Source: Raillietiella orientalis (Eukaryota). From it: a DNA stretch of 64,000 nt. Every line of letters starts with the position of its first letter. Positions within the stretch are counted from its first letter, which is position 1. The notes below the pieces were generated by a model, which worked only from the letters and a program-made list of their open reading frames with translations, searched no databases and was not told where the DNA came from. Shown here one piece after another: positions 37,002 through 49,949 of the stretch. A program made the translations under genes and the position numbers. The stretch is taken from NCBI GenBank assembly GCA_036172245.1, contig JAYWIR010000024.1:1798001-1862000 (forward strand), in the 5' to 3' direction.

Positions 37002-40000
37002 GTATTATACTGTTTTTTTTTCGTTTTGCTGAAATGTCAATTCTTGCAACTGCTTTTTCATTCCTTGCCTTCCAGGACGCGAACGGGTCGAAGAAAAAAG
37101 GACGTTCTAGAGAAGGTAAGGAGCCATCGATTGATGTCAATTTGTTGCTTACATGTTTGTTCGAAAATGTTGGTTTACCGCTTCTCGTTTGCATTGTGTG
37201 ATTTTTCCATTTACATCTGTGTAAATTGCCCGCAAATTAAGGGCGTTATCGTGCGACCTCGCCGTCGATTCGGAAACGGTTGCCGGAGTCTACCGTTGGC
37301 TTTTTCCATCAACAGCTGAAAGCTTAAGCGTCCGTCCTGAAGGTGGTGATTCCTCATTGTAAGCTGCGGTCCTTGAATTGCTGCAACCTTTGCTTCGTGA
37401 AAGCGATTGAGTTCTGTTGTGCATGCTCGTTGACACACATGTCGCTTAAAATGTTGGCCTCCACCAACCGAGGCCTTCCGGGATCTGGAATACCAATTGA
37501 GATTAGGTGAGCTGCAGCACCCCTTCTGAGATTAGGGTAATTAGTTACGATGTTAACCTTTCGTTCTTTTTTTCTATCCATCTCAATCGCTGACTGGCTG
37601 GCTGACCAGGATCCAGTTTTTACGTACTTTTTTTAAAAAAAAAATAAAAATAAAAAAAATTTCACCAGAATGATGCTTCTTTTAACTTTGGTGTGCGTCA
37701 AACCATAGCGAAGCACATCATTCCCATCTTCATCAGTGTAGCATATAAAATTTGGTACAGCGCATTGATGCTGGTAATCTCGATGCACGGATTGTTATGT
37801 TGACATGCCGTATATAAATTTTCTCGTCTCCTTGCGTTGCTCGCAGAATCTTTTTACGTTTGGAAGCTTAAAAATCTGCCGAATCTTGGAGTGAGTGCTT
37901 TCGTAAATTTGAAGAATACTGTTACGTGCGTTTAGAATTAGCAATGAAAGTGCATAATTTTACAGCTCTTACATGTATCTGTCCTGTTTCATGTTCGTTG
38001 CCTTTCATCAACATTCAATACGTGCTTTTCGGAATTTCTTTGGGTAAGTTTTACTTTTGAAAAGCATGGGCATTTTATGTGCATGCTATTTCTCAGAGAA
38101 AGATGAACTTGTTGTCTTGCTTCTTATCAAAAAGAATTGTTTTCTGCTTTGTGATGCTGGGGGCCTTTTGATTCCCCAGCAGGCTCATCGAAGACGATGA
38201 GTTTCTGAAACTTTTTAAAAACTCTTTGTTCCTAAAGATGCCATCTCCCTTTTAGCCTTTTTGCACGATCGCTCAGTGTTGATAGAGGGAGTTCTTTTCC
38301 GAGCTAGATACTTGGGTTCGACTCAGTTGGTCTCTGAGGGTCAACCAACCAAAGCAAATCGTATGATGCAAGCCGAGGAGGCTGTGTCCCGAATCAAGGT
38401 AAACTATGTTCTTTATTCGAACGATTTGACGAAATTTTCGCCAAATTACAGTGTTTTTCTTTCTTTTCTTCCGGTGTAATTCCGGTTCCGTTTCGTACAT
38501 GAGTGCACATTTTATTATGCGTACCTGTCTGTGTAAATGGGCCAGTTTAGTTGCAGTTTGCATTCTGCTAGGACTTCAGTACAACTAATAGGAAAATTGC
38601 TCACGATGCTGTAATCAGTTTCCGAAAGTAGGTCCGATTGATCCGAAAAACTTTTCGAAAAAAAAAAAAACGTGCGCCTGTTTGCGTAGAGGAGGACATG
38701 TGACTTAATCTCTCATCCTTTCATACGATGTCCTTGTATGGAGGAACGTATTTATGGGAATATTGTATGCAAGAACAGAAGACTAACACTGCAGTGTCCT
38801 TGTAGTGTTGATGTTCCGCTTTTTCTTCCACACACCCCCTAGCATTTCGGAAATATCCCCGCCTCACCCATGTCTCCCGAGTCGTTACTTTATGCTTTCC
38901 TGTGCAATTGAAATAATATAATAATTATGGTCTCTTTTATCCCCCCCCCCCCCAGACTGCTTCTTGTAATGTTTGCCTGGTTTATTTATTCCTTTTACTT
39001 GAATCTTGAGGAGGAGTTGTGCGAAAATATGTGATCGGCATCGATGAGAATTCTTCCAATCAAATGTGGATCGTGTCCGACTCCAGCGGAATAGTGTCAC
39101 TTTGGACGCAACTGATTTCTAAATTAACTTTTTTGTTCTAATTTAGATTTGTGAGCCTTGAAATCGAAACTCTCGGCAGCTTAGCGTGCTTTCATCCTTA
39201 TGTTTGCTGCTCCTGTTCTTTCCCGTTCGGGATTATCGTAGGTGTGTTGGGACGGCATGCCATATAGGTGTCGGTAGCTTGTTCAGTAGCATCGTGTCCG
39301 TTCCTCAAGTTTGCTTTTGCCGGCTAACCGTGTTCGGGCGTCAGCGTGTGTATCCTTAATTATGACTAAGTGTCTTGTTAATCCTGAGGGTGCTGGGGCG
39401 AGGCTTTTTTGTGTCTGTAGGAAAATTCTAAGATATGAAGAAACTCCCGTGCGCTACGTAAATGCTGGTGCTTTTTGCTTTCTCCCTCTAGTTATTATTC
39501 AGTGGATGCAGAAATCATCTGTTTGCGTGCAAAAAAAAAAAAAAAACTCGCTTGATTTTTTTTTTTTTTTTTTTTTGGGGGGGGGGGGAGGGGGTGTTCG
39601 AAGTAGTAGTGAATTCTTCCATGAGATTACCTTAATCCACGAAGTGCGCAAGTATCCAGATCCCATCTGTGCAACATCGTGCCATCCGTTTATCTTCCGT
39701 GATGTCACTCCGTAAAGAAATCATGATTTCATTCTGGCCTAATCACCGGTGGATTATTGGAAATGGGGCGAATTCACGATTGAATCCGCCCCATTTCAGT
39801 TTCCATAATTCGCCTCTGCTTGGTTTCCGTTTGTTCCGCTTTTCGGAAAAGTGAACTCTTCTGCCCCATCTCCTCCAGAAGAAGAAATTATGTGGATGTC
39901 GGCTGTTTTCTTCGAGAGTCTGGGGGGGCGGGGGGGGGTCTTACCTGAACTTCGCTGCAAGAGTCACTTCTGGCGTTTTTCTTTCCTTCCTCTTTTTTTT

Positions 40001-43000
40001 TTTTCTGTCCCAAGTCCACTGTATGTATGTTCTGATGGTGACTTCAGCTCCCGGCAGTGTGTCCTACATGCTCATTAAAAGAAATAGAATGATATTCCAT
40101 TTGTTTAGAGGCGCGAATTTCACGAGCAGGCAGTCGTAAACTCTTTGGTAACTCTGTGTACCGTTGCTTAATGACGGAAGCCTGAATTGGTCAGCTTGGT
40201 GTGAAAATCTGTATATCGCATGACGTAAACTTGGTACGAAAATTTACAAAGAAGCTACAAAGAAACTTGCGAAATCCACACTGCGTTCGATAGCTTGGTC
40301 CTCAGAGATTCTGTTTTGAAAGAAGACGAATTTTTTTTTTTTTTTTTAAAAAAAAGAAAATCCCGTTGATTCGGATGGCTGGGGAAGGGGACTTTTTAAT
40401 GGCCCGTTTTTATTTATCTCATTTTTTCTCCTTTTTGCTTCAACTTTCATTCATCGTTCTAAGGTATAGGAAATCCTCCAAAGCTTGCTGATGGATCCGT
40501 TTGCAAACTGAAGAAAAGACAGAAGTGATGAATTGGGCAGATGCGCTCGATCTTGGTCCGGATACCGCGGGCTGGTTGAAGCTGGAGACCAAATCCCTCC
40601 TGTACTCTTTTGCTTCAAAGACCGCTCTGAGGACACGATTTCTGCCGTGGTGCTCGACTTTATGCGAAAACAGTTCTAAAAATCCTGCATGTGTTGTGCC
40701 TCGTGTGTGTGGCTTACGGGATGTAGGAATGACGCGATTGCATATCGCAAATGTGGGGATCACGTAAAGACCGCCTGTGATTTCTGCTCGTGGGATCGTC
40801 GAAACGGGAACGTCTGGTAGCAAGTGAAATCTTAGGCTGCTGCTATGCAACCAGGAACTTGTGAGAGACGGGCCTTGTAAGAAGCAGCTGCCACGATGGC
40901 CGAAGTTATTCTCGAGTTCCCGGAACGCATAGAATATTGCCTGAAAGATATTCGTGAAGTGAATATTTAAGAGAAACGTTTCCTGTTGGGAATCGGTTTT
41001 GTTAGGAGGATTCTTAGCGTTTCCATGTGAGAAAATAAAAAAAAAGCTTCTGCAAAACGTGAAAGGGTTTCCCATCCTCAGAATTCCGTAGCTGAAACGA
41101 CGTCCGTTGGCGAATTTCTCTTCGCTCGAGCCGTTCCCCCGGCATTACCACCGGCCTCGGAGTATTTCGAATAATTGGAGCAAAGAAGATGTGCGAGAAT
41201 GTGATGAATCCAAATGTTTCCCAATTTTTTCGTTTTTTCCCCTGCGCCTGCCTTTGTGGGCTGTTCGCTGGTTGTTCACTTTCTAAGATGTCTCCGCTTG
41301 ATGCGCCCCGATTGCGGAGGAAGTGCGTTCTTTCGATGACTCTTCTTCGTCGGTAGGAGGAGCGCGATTTTTGCATCGGCCCGGAGATGAATGAACTTCC
41401 CCGTCGGCGTTTTGCTTTCGACGCCAGTGGTGTTCCCGCCACATCTCATGCGATGTCTTCCCCTTTTAAATAATTTCGTCTTTTTCTTCTTCTTCTTAAT
41501 CTGCTCGATCGTGATTGTATTAATACATATATCATTCCTCATAATATACATGTTATGTTTCATTGCTGCTGCTGGTGTAGGCCCTGGTAAGTTCAAATCT
41601 GTAGCAGTATATTGCCTGTTTGTTTTTGAGCTTACACTCTTTCAATTAGCATATCTTATATAGGACTGGCAGATTACTTAAGCGTCAGCTATCAGCTAGT
41701 TTACCGTGTGTTTCATGAACGACACACATGACATGTAATCAAATGCACTTTCGCAGCTCGTAGTTGTTGATGTTCGCTTTTGCTGCTTTTTTTTTTTTTT
41801 TTTTTTTCGAAAATTGTGTTGTTTTCCACATCATTTGAATTTTTGCATGTTCCTTTGCAAGTCTTTAAGACTAGCTGCACGCATTTAAGATATTTTACCT
41901 GCTATTCCGCTCAAATTGCTAGTTCATTCCTGAATGAATGTGGTCGAGCCTATTGGTATCACGCAACTACCCGATTCCAATCTCAGGTTCCAGCTGGAGA
42001 AAATCAGCCGAATACGGAAGTAGATCTGTTCATCTCCACAGAGAAAATCATGGTACTCAACACTAGTCTCAAAGTACAGATTCGTATTTCCTGTTTTATG
42101 TTTTAATAAGCCATCCTCTGCTTTAAGGAAATTATGATGGATCATGCATTGCGTTCCATTTCTTACATCGCGGACATAGGCGACGTGGTTGTTCTCATGG
42201 CAAGGAGGAGGATAACGTCGTCTGTGGATGGTACCCCTTCGTTGAGCAAAGCTCCAAAAATGTTGTGCCACGTGTTTGAAAGTGAAGAGGTCTGTGTGCC
42301 GGGAACTGAAAACATCTCATTTTCCTTGTTTCCCTTTACAGGCGCAGTTCATAGCTCAGTCCATTGGTCAGGCCTTTCAGGTTGCATATATTGAATTTCT
42401 GAAAGCTAATGGTATCGAGGATAATAATTTCGTGAGGGAAATGGATTATCAGGAAGTTTTAAATTCTCAGGAAATATTCGGCGACGAGTTGCGGATGTTT
42501 GCTTCGAAAGAAATGCAAAAAGAGGTACCATTCTAACTTTTAAGTAAGGGTAATCTCTCCCCCCCCCCCCTTTCCCCTTTTATCCTTCAAGGTCATCGTT
42601 CCCAAAACGAAGGGAGAGATCTTGGGAGTCGTCATCGTAGAATCTGGCTGGGGCAGCATGCTCCCGACGGTTGTCATAGCAAATCTTTCTCCTTGCGGAG
42701 CAGCTGCTAGGTGCAATCAGCTTAACATCGGCGACCAGATCATCGCGATAAATGGCGTCAGCCTTGTAGGTCTTCCATTAAGTAACTGCCAGCACTATAT
42801 CAAGGTACATATGTATATACATGTATGTACGCATGTATATATCGGCGTAATGGCGGATTGCTTCATGTTGTCTTATCAGAATGTAAAGAATCAGACAGCT
42901 GTTAAGCTTACAGTTGTTCCTTGCACACCTGTGGTAGAAGTTCGTATCAAACGTCCCGACACCAAGTATCAGCTCGGTTTTTCCGTACAGAACGGCGTAG

Positions 43001-43329
43001 TGAGTCTCACCATGAGTGTGGACCCATCGTGATTCCATGAATTTCTGTCTAGTAGATCTGTAGTTTGTTGCGGGGTGGAATTGCCGAAAGAGGAGGAGTT
43101 CGTGTGGGTCACAGGATCATTGAAATAAACAACCAAAGCGTGGTTGCCGTGGCCCATGAAAAAATCGTAAATCTCTTGGCCACGTCCATCGGAGAGGTAG
43201 AAAGCGTGTGAAATTCGCTCTAGCACTGAAAGGGGGTGGTGGTGGCTCTTCTTCTAGATTTACATGAAAACCATGCCAACCTCGATGTATAGGCTGTTGA
43301 CAGGGCAAGAGACTCCCATTTACATCTAG
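28978..43329 (+). CDS. lin-10: LIN-10 / X11 / Mint (APBA-family) adaptor protein; join(28978..30868,31496..31673,31895..31995,35872..35951,37076..37115,38256..38398,41987..42073,42128..42289,42342..42524,42592..42804,42880..42999,43056..43196,43258..43329), ~1136 aa
   Basis: Unmistakable Mint PTB ([17 protein letters not shown]...[16 protein letters not shown]...[16 protein letters not shown]), PDZ1 ([25 protein letters not shown]), PDZ2 ([36 protein letters not shown]) and C-terminal tail [14 protein letters not shown]. All introns are GT-AG and exon phases sum to 3411 nt. The N-terminal exons are less certain than the PTB/PDZ exons. Confidence 0.93.
31496..31673 (+). CDS. lin-10: lin-10 exon with CASK/LIN-2-interaction-like segment
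   Basis: TAG acceptor 31493-95, donor AG|GTTGGA 31674, phase 1->2; encodes [15 protein letters not shown]...SDIWIPR, similar to Mint1 DIKEAI...EPIWVMR. Confidence 0.78.
31895..31995 (+). CDS. lin-10: lin-10 linker exon
   Basis: TTTTCAG acceptor, AAG|GTAATC donor, phase 2->1 matching neighbours; open frame [33 protein letters not shown]. Confidence 0.7.
35872..35951 (+). CDS. lin-10: lin-10 exon ([26 protein letters not shown])
   Basis: TTTAG acceptor, AAG|GTTCGT donor, phase 1->0; the [14 protein letters not shown] motif is one I recall from invertebrate X11L proteins. Confidence 0.8.
37076..37115 (+). CDS. lin-10: lin-10 40-nt basic micro-exon ([13 protein letters not shown])
   Basis: CCTTCCAG acceptor, strong AAG|GTAAGG donor, phase 0->1 bridging into the PTB exon. 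Confidence 0.72.
38256..38398 (+). CDS. lin-10: lin-10 PTB domain exon 1
   Basis: [47 protein letters not shown] acceptor (alternative same-phase CAG ending 38276), AAG|GTAAAC donor. Confidence 0.95.
41987..42073 (+). CDS. lin-10: lin-10 PTB exon 2
   Basis: [32 protein letters not shown] acceptor, GT donor at 42074. Confidence 0.95.
42128..42289 (+). CDS. lin-10: lin-10 PTB exon 3
   Basis: [28 protein letters not shown]...[11 protein letters not shown]; preceded by a 54-nt intron. Confidence 0.95.
42342..42524 (+). CDS. lin-10: lin-10 PTB C-terminal helix and PTB-PDZ linker exon
   Basis: [27 protein letters not shown]...[18 protein letters not shown]; preceded by a 52-nt intron. Confidence 0.95.
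42592..42804 (+). CDS. lin-10: lin-10 PDZ1 exon
   Basis: [32 protein letters not shown]...[25 protein letters not shown]. Confidence 0.95.
42880..42999 (+). CDS. lin-10: lin-10 PDZ1 end / PDZ2 start exon
   Basis: [40 protein letters not shown]; donor GTGAGT at 43000. Confidence 0.95.
43056..43196 (+). CDS. lin-10: lin-10 PDZ2 exon
   Basis: [47 protein letters not shown]. Confidence 0.95.
43258..43329 (+). CDS. lin-10: lin-10 terminal coding exon
   Basis: [26 protein letters not shown], the conserved Mint C-terminal PxYI tail. Confidence 0.95.
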   Translation: MYMKTMPTSMYRLLTGQETPIYI

Positions 43330-43563
43330 ACCTTGGACGGGGCAGTTCCTTGACTCTGCAGGAAAAGTTGGAGCGTTTCTTTCAAGACGTGCTTTCGGAG
43401 GAAGCAGTGCCATGCTGCTGGATTAAGATCGAAAAGCGTCGTCATCCTATGATATGCCTCATAGGAGATCCAATAATAACGCCCTTGTGGTTTACTGTGT
43501 GCTCTGAACAGCAAGTTCGATTTTTCTCGTAGTCCCCCTTTTTTTCTTTCTTTTCTTTTTTTT

Positions 43564-43569
43564 ATTAAA
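43564..43569 (+). terminator. Possible polyadenylation signal (ATTAAA) of lin-10
   Basis: ATTAAA ~235 nt after the stop, directly after a T-rich tract; not verifiable without transcripts. Confidence 0.25.
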
Positions 43570-46500
43570 GTCTTTGTTAATACCATGCGTCTGTTTGTTG
43601 CCTCCGCGTGATTCGTTCCAGCGAGCAGCATCCACCGATGAGCCGAGATGCTCCTTCTGCGCAGCAGTGCGGCGGATCCCCCGCCCCTCGGAGGGAGAAG
43701 GAAGAGAAGCCAGCCGCCGGCGCCAAGCGTTCCCGAGCCGCTCCGTGTGACAGGAGCGTGCATATCGAGCCCTAATTATCCCCGCACAGGTTTCAAAGGA
43801 ACATGGTTTCGCCTCGAAGATAAAGATCTGTTTTTGTGTTTACCGTCGGAATAATTTACGTTCGCTGCACACGTAGCGCTTGCTTGTGAATTTTTCTCGG
43901 AATCATCATTCTTAAAGGCGTGACAGGGCTTTGTGTGCCGGTGCTGCAGTCGGCTGCCTTCGTTCCCGGGTCTGTTGACTTTCGTAGAGACATGAAAAAT
44001 GAACGGATGAAATTTAATTATAACGACGGGTGATTAAGTTCATCTCCAGAGTTTTGTTCGGGGGAGAAGGGGGAGACAAAAAGGAGAGAGAGAACTCTCG
44101 GAGCAGATAATCGGGAAGGATTTAATGCGTTAAACTTCCAGCGCTTTTGCTTTTTTTTTTTTTTTTTTCTTTTCTTTCCGGCTTTTGGATACTTCAGTAG
44201 TGCCCTGCGTCCATTTGTCATGCAGATATCCGCGGAAGCGCACTTCTGTTAAGGAAAAAAGAGAGTACGTCGGCAGTTGCGAGGAAACGGATGTCTTTTT
44301 CCGTTTGTGGGATCCTTTGGAATGCGAAGTGAAATCAACGTTCTATGGAATTTTCCCTTCGGAGTTTGTCCCCCCCTTCCCTCTTATCCCGGTTCGAAGG
44401 CTTCTTCTGGACGGAGAATTTCGCTTTGATTTTTCCGCCCCCTCCCCCCCCCGGGGGGGGGAGGGGGCCTGCCGTCGTTTGAAGCGCGCGCTTCTGCTCG
44501 TTTTGGTAGCGTTTGGTTGAGTTTGCCGAGGACAACGGCTTCGACCAAAGGCGATCTCTATCGCTTCCTAGCAGAGCGTTGTTTTACTCAGCCGCGTTAC
44601 GAAATTTCGGTTGCCTCATCGAACCCACGTTAGATTCAGGCTGGCGTTTTCCGAAATGAACATCCGCCGAATTCAGGCGACCTGGAAAACATCTCGACCT
44701 CCGAGCAAAGTGTGTGCGCGTGTTTTCTTCTCTCCTCGAAATTTCCGCGACGATCATCTCTGCGGTTCCTCGCATTTTTTAACGTTTCCTTTCCGAATAC
44801 GAGAATGCAGGTTCGAAGTCAGTTGCATGGGTACATCTTGATGTTTGAGGCAGTTCTGATGCGCTTCCTGCGTGCTCCTGCTGACAAACCCGGGGAGCGT
44901 GCACTTGGCATGCAGACCCCTCCAGTGGAGAAGAGGTTTCCGTTCTCGAGACTTCCGAAGAGCATACCGCTGGTCTGTCCTCGCTGCCAGCATCCCTGAA
45001 AGAGCACCGGTTTGCCGTTCTTTGGCTCTCACGCCATTGTGCACGTATTAATATTTGCTCGGAGAAGCAGGACTCTCAAATCGCGGCAACGGGATCTTTC
45101 GTTTCGTAGGTGCACCCCGCTGACTCCTCGTAATTCCCTAGGGAGCTGAGGATCGTACCCTGTTCAAAGCTTCTTGTCGGTTTCCTCTTATACTTCCGGC
45201 ATTCTGAATCGCCGGTGGGCTTGCCGTGCAAATCACAGGTTGCCGGTGTGCGCTTGGAAACTCTAAAAAAAATTTGGCTCCGGATAGAAGGGTTCCAAAA
45301 CAAAAACCCTCCTTCGTGTCTTTGGAAACCGAAGAGGGAAAGAGGATCACTGCAGACCAAGGCAGGAAAAAGCGCCTCGAATTTTCAAATTGCTTCCAAG
45401 CTTGCCAGCAGCGTCGGAGGATTAACTTTGCTGAGCCAAAGAAGCAGAACCAGAACCAGTGGGTCAGGCGATTCAGGGACTCTGTCTTATCTCGTCCAGA
45501 TTCACCGGAATTATAAATTAAATGTAAAGAGTAGGGGGTTTAACTCACACGAAAACTTGAAAAACGATTGATGAATTATAAATTTGCGACGAAGATGCGT
45601 ATGAGGTGAAGTTGCGATGTGGTGGTCAAGTTTCAGCGTCAGTCTCGTGTGAAGGTTTCATTTGAAAAGGACGAAAACTGCAATTAAACTGGTAACTGGT
45701 CATCGAGTTGTAATGGGAAGACACTTTGTGGACTACAGGTTTCTTCCGAACAGCTTTCGTTCCGGTAAAAATAATTGCAATTATAATTATATGTTGACAC
45801 GCTTATCAAGTAGAATTCAGTTACGACTCCTCCTCTCAAGTAGGCAGCATGGGAAAAGTTCAAATCGTTGATAGATGGTTAGGGATTGGCATCATCCGGT
45901 TCCTATGAAAGAAGGAACGCAGTACCAAAAGCATGAAAAATCGTGTCTATCCGTAGAGCTAAGGCAGCCATTTCTTTTACGAATTTTGAATCCGTTTCAT
46001 GAATCGGTGACGATCATGGTGACGTGAGCTGAGCATCCATGGTGTGAAAACTGAATCGTGATTCAAGTGCAGATGAATACTTGGAATCTGTATTCGACTT
46101 GAGGACCTCATTCGCATAGAAGGGTGCCCCCCCACGGTGATTCCCGGATAATACGTTGTAATGGAGACTTGTGAACGCTTCAGCCTTCCACGACGTTTCC
46201 ACACATCTCGTTTCTGAAAAGTCCACAAAGCCAAAAATTGTGGCTTGTGCTTTTGGTGTGCCTTAAAGCGCATGCGGTGATTCAGAGTAAGCTGAAGATG
46301 TGCTGGAGCGGCTCCGAATTGCTTGCTAAAATGCCGAAAACGCACAACATGCGATTTGTGGAACAGAAAAGGCACCATGGACAAGCGTGAGAATTCGTCG
46401 ATTTCCCCATCAGTCTTTTCAAGCAGAAGGTACAAATTGAATCTTTTGGGAAGAGAGGTATTAACTAGTGGATGCCCACGGAAATTAAAGGTCTGCGTTT

Positions 46501-47621
46501 CTCCGTTTGTTCTTCTTTTGATCCACTAATCCATCAGATTTACTTTCTAGCCCTCGCCCCCTTGTTTTTCCGTAAAGGATTCGTGTTCTTGTGGCCTTCC
46601 TTCGGCCCTTAAGTTCGTTTCAGACCGCGCGCGGCGTCGAAAGGTTCCGACGTCTGAGATCCGATGAGGCATTGGTGCAATTCATCATTTTGCATTCCTC
46701 GGTACTGCTCCCTCTTTGATTTCGTCCAGGGCGAGTTTCATAAATTTCATGCTCATTTAAATTCATTTGGATTTCAAAGCTGCGTGCACCCGTAGACGTC
46801 GGCAGTTTCTGCAGGTGCGCGGGGATTCGAGTTGACTTTGCTCCTTCCGGATGGGGGATATCCTCCTCCTCCTCCTCCAAGCGTGGCGTGCATCTGGATA
46901 TTTATTCTGGCACGAGTCGTATCGGATCAAACGTATCCGGTTTCGTGTAGTAGAAAATTTTAGTAGAACATTTTAGAAATTTCTTGACGTTCACGAGTCC
47001 GTCTGTAGGTCTGCTTTAGTCCTGTAAGGCTTCCATTTCAATCTGAGAAGCAGGATTGTATAAAACAGCCGGTAACCCTCGCACTGGGGACATGCAACAC
47101 GTTTCAGCTGGATTCTAGGTGGACTTTTACGAAATCCGGAAATTTCTCGTGGCTGTTTCTGAGCTTTGTTTGTGGCCAGGAGGTTTTTTTGCCACACCCT
47201 TTTTTTTTTTTTTTGGTTTTTGTAAAGCGATGTAAACCGTGTAGCCTTGGCCATCAAACTTCTGTCATTCCGGAGTTTTTCTTCTTCGCAGAAACTCCGG
47301 CTTTTGGTTTTCTGCCTTTCGTTCAATGGTGTACTCAATGGTGGAGGCAAACCGTGGCGACTCGCTGCCATGGAACCCCGCGGTTTCTCTGCGGCGAGCA
47401 GCATCAAGCGTCAACCGAGATTTTGTTGGGAGCAACTCCCCTGCACGATCGTTCGAGGATCATGCAAAAGATGCAGCAAAAGGGATTTTTCCAAGATCTT
47501 CGCCGAATGCATCTCCCGGTTTCATTTGGTTTCGCATTCTCCGAACAATTTCGCGATTGCGATCGCAAGAATCATACCGCCGTCACACACTGAGTGCATA
47601 TGCGACTGGACCCGCTCTTTG

Positions 47622-47654
47622 CACCTAAACGGTTGAGGCTCAACCGTTTAGGTG
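47622..47654. repeat. Inverted repeat, perfect 16-bp arms with 1-nt spacer
   Basis: CACCTAAACGGTTGAG-G-CTCAACCGTTTAGGTG. Confidence 0.95.
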
Positions 47655-47699
47655 TACCACAACTGCGACTATTAGCACGAAGCGTTAAGGTGTAATGAA

Positions 47700-48000
47700 C
47701 GCGTTCGATGGACTTCCTCGACGAACCGACTTTCCCAGGAGTGTAATCAGCTTCACGTACGTTTCATCATCCTTGTTAATTCTTAAGATCATTTCGAGTT
47801 CGTCCGCAAGGCCACTGGAAGTACTTGGTTGCCGATGCTTTTGCATCGGAGCGTTTGAAGGCAACCAAGGAACGTCGCCTCTAGCATTCTTTGTGCGCAC
47901 GGTACCACTGTCTTGCAGAGCGGGAAGCGTTGTCCAGCAACGGGAACACGTTTTCCTCCTCCGAGTGAACTTCGCCGAATTGACGAATCGTGGGGTGCTG
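47700..48000 (-). mobile_element. Decayed ORF1 N-terminal fragment
   Basis: EEENVFPLLDNAS...SLVAFKRSDAK matches RDEAVLPLLEESG (51.29 kb, +) and RDEAALPFLNEG (57.45 kb, -). Confidence 0.4.
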
Positions 48001-49949
48001 TCCAGCATCCGTGTTACCGTGCCTCTTGACTTCGTTGTCGTTCTAGAAGCTCGTGCGACGCTAGGGTTGACTCAGGATCCGAACCATTGCTTGCTGACAG
48101 GTTCTCTGTATAGCCTGCAGTTCTTCTCCAAAGCGTCGGACTCCTTCGTGCACGTGCTCGGGGGTCCCTTTTCCTTGGCATTTCATTTTTTTTTTTTCTT
48201 CTTCCTCTTTTTCCTTTTGCCCAATCGCGAGGGACTGACAGAGCTAGGGACTGCTCAGTCTCGTTCCCCTCAACTTTGCGCCGTGCATGTTTTTTATTCC
48301 TTTTCTCAATAAATTGTCCCGACGTTGCCGGATGCGACTCGAGTTTGCACCGACATTCTATTAAAGATTAAGAGACTCTTCTCAACCCTCGGATGAATTC
48401 TTATACGTTTCCGGCCGCTTGAAAGTAAAACATGAAAATCACGGATAGCTACGGATAGAGGGGATACGAGATCACTCGCCCGTGTGCCGAGCTCTGTGTC
48501 ACACGTCCGCTTGATTTAAAATTGCATTTTCTTCTTCTTCTTCTTCTTCTTCCTCTTTCTCCCCGGTAAACTATTGATTTAACAGTGCTATCGATCCACC
48601 ATGGCTTCCGTGTTCGGCTGGGAAAGGATTTCAAAGAAACACTCAAGAAAGCTCGAGGTTTGCTAAGCCTCGCTCATCGGCTACGTGTGCTTAATTTCTA
48701 AGGATGGAACGATGGTCATCATCATTAACAGAAATCAATTCAGACAGAATGATAATCGTCCCACATTTGATACGTGTGCAAATATCCGGATGTTTGTGTG
48801 ACCATCAAGCGGTACGTGTGTGTGTGTGTGTTCCACATGAGTTCGGGAAAAGTTTCCACGATCGAGAGAGACCTCGGGTCAGGGCACGAGTGCGTCGTGT
48901 CTGCTGGGCGAGACGTGGGCTCCGCGTCTTGCAGGCTCTTGTTCGTCTCCCGGCTTTTTGACGAAGATCCAGAGCCCGAGCATCTGCCCGGAGTTCCAAC
49001 GAGCGTTAACGATTTGTCTTTGCAAACAGGAAAGATACCGAACCTTAAACAACTCGAACTGCACCGACAAATTGTGTAATATGTGGTGGTCTCGGATCAG
49101 CCAAGTGGACCCCTCAGGTATGGAAGTAACTAGTAGATTCAATGATGCTGTGCTTAGCTCGACACTGTGTGTTTAGGTAAATGACACGGACACGTGTGCT
49201 GTCGTAACTGTAGGCGAATGGCACATGCACTGGTAATTGAGATATATGATGTAGCTTGCTGCATACGCGAAACGCTTGCATGCGTGCGTGCTGCAAACAT
49301 AAATACATCTCGGTACTCGTCGGTCATTCGTTCCGGAACTGATGACGAGTGCCGAAGGAGTTCTTTTCTAGGTATCATTTTTAAATATTTTAGGAGCCAT
49401 GAGCAGCGCTTAAAATGCACAGAAGCACACAAAAGGGGAACGATCCGGGAGGCACTCTATGGAAGTGTTCGGCACTCTTCGCGGGCTACCACGGGACGAA
49501 AGCGTTCGCTCGTTTCATCATGAGAGTGGGGTGTCGAGTTCCGAGCATGCGCCGAGTGTCGAAACATTTTTTTTTTCTCGTCGAAATGCGACGAGGACTG
49601 AGTTTGACGAGTTCCGACACTGTCGAGTTCCGAGGTACCACTGTAACTGAGTAAAAGACACACATGCAAGCTGGGTAATAATCCGCGTAAACGATTGTAT
49701 GGTGAGATGGCTAGTTACACAGGTAAATTAATTAGTGTGCCGTTCCTTGCACATGGATACGCATGTAGCGACGACGCAATGATGTATGGATGTGTGTTGC
49801 ACATTCACGACGTTACTACGTGTGCGCGCATGCAACGATATGTGTGGCGGTTTTGCTCGTGAAGAGAAACCCCGTGCTCATGGTCGGCGCGCGCGTCCGC
49901 GGAAATGTGGCGAAAAAATTCGGGGGAAAGAAGGAAGGAAACCACGGAA

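Noticed and set aside
40440..41075. 211-aa antisense ORF nested in a lin-10 intron
   Set aside because: No recognisable domain; more likely a decayed repeat or a chance ORF.
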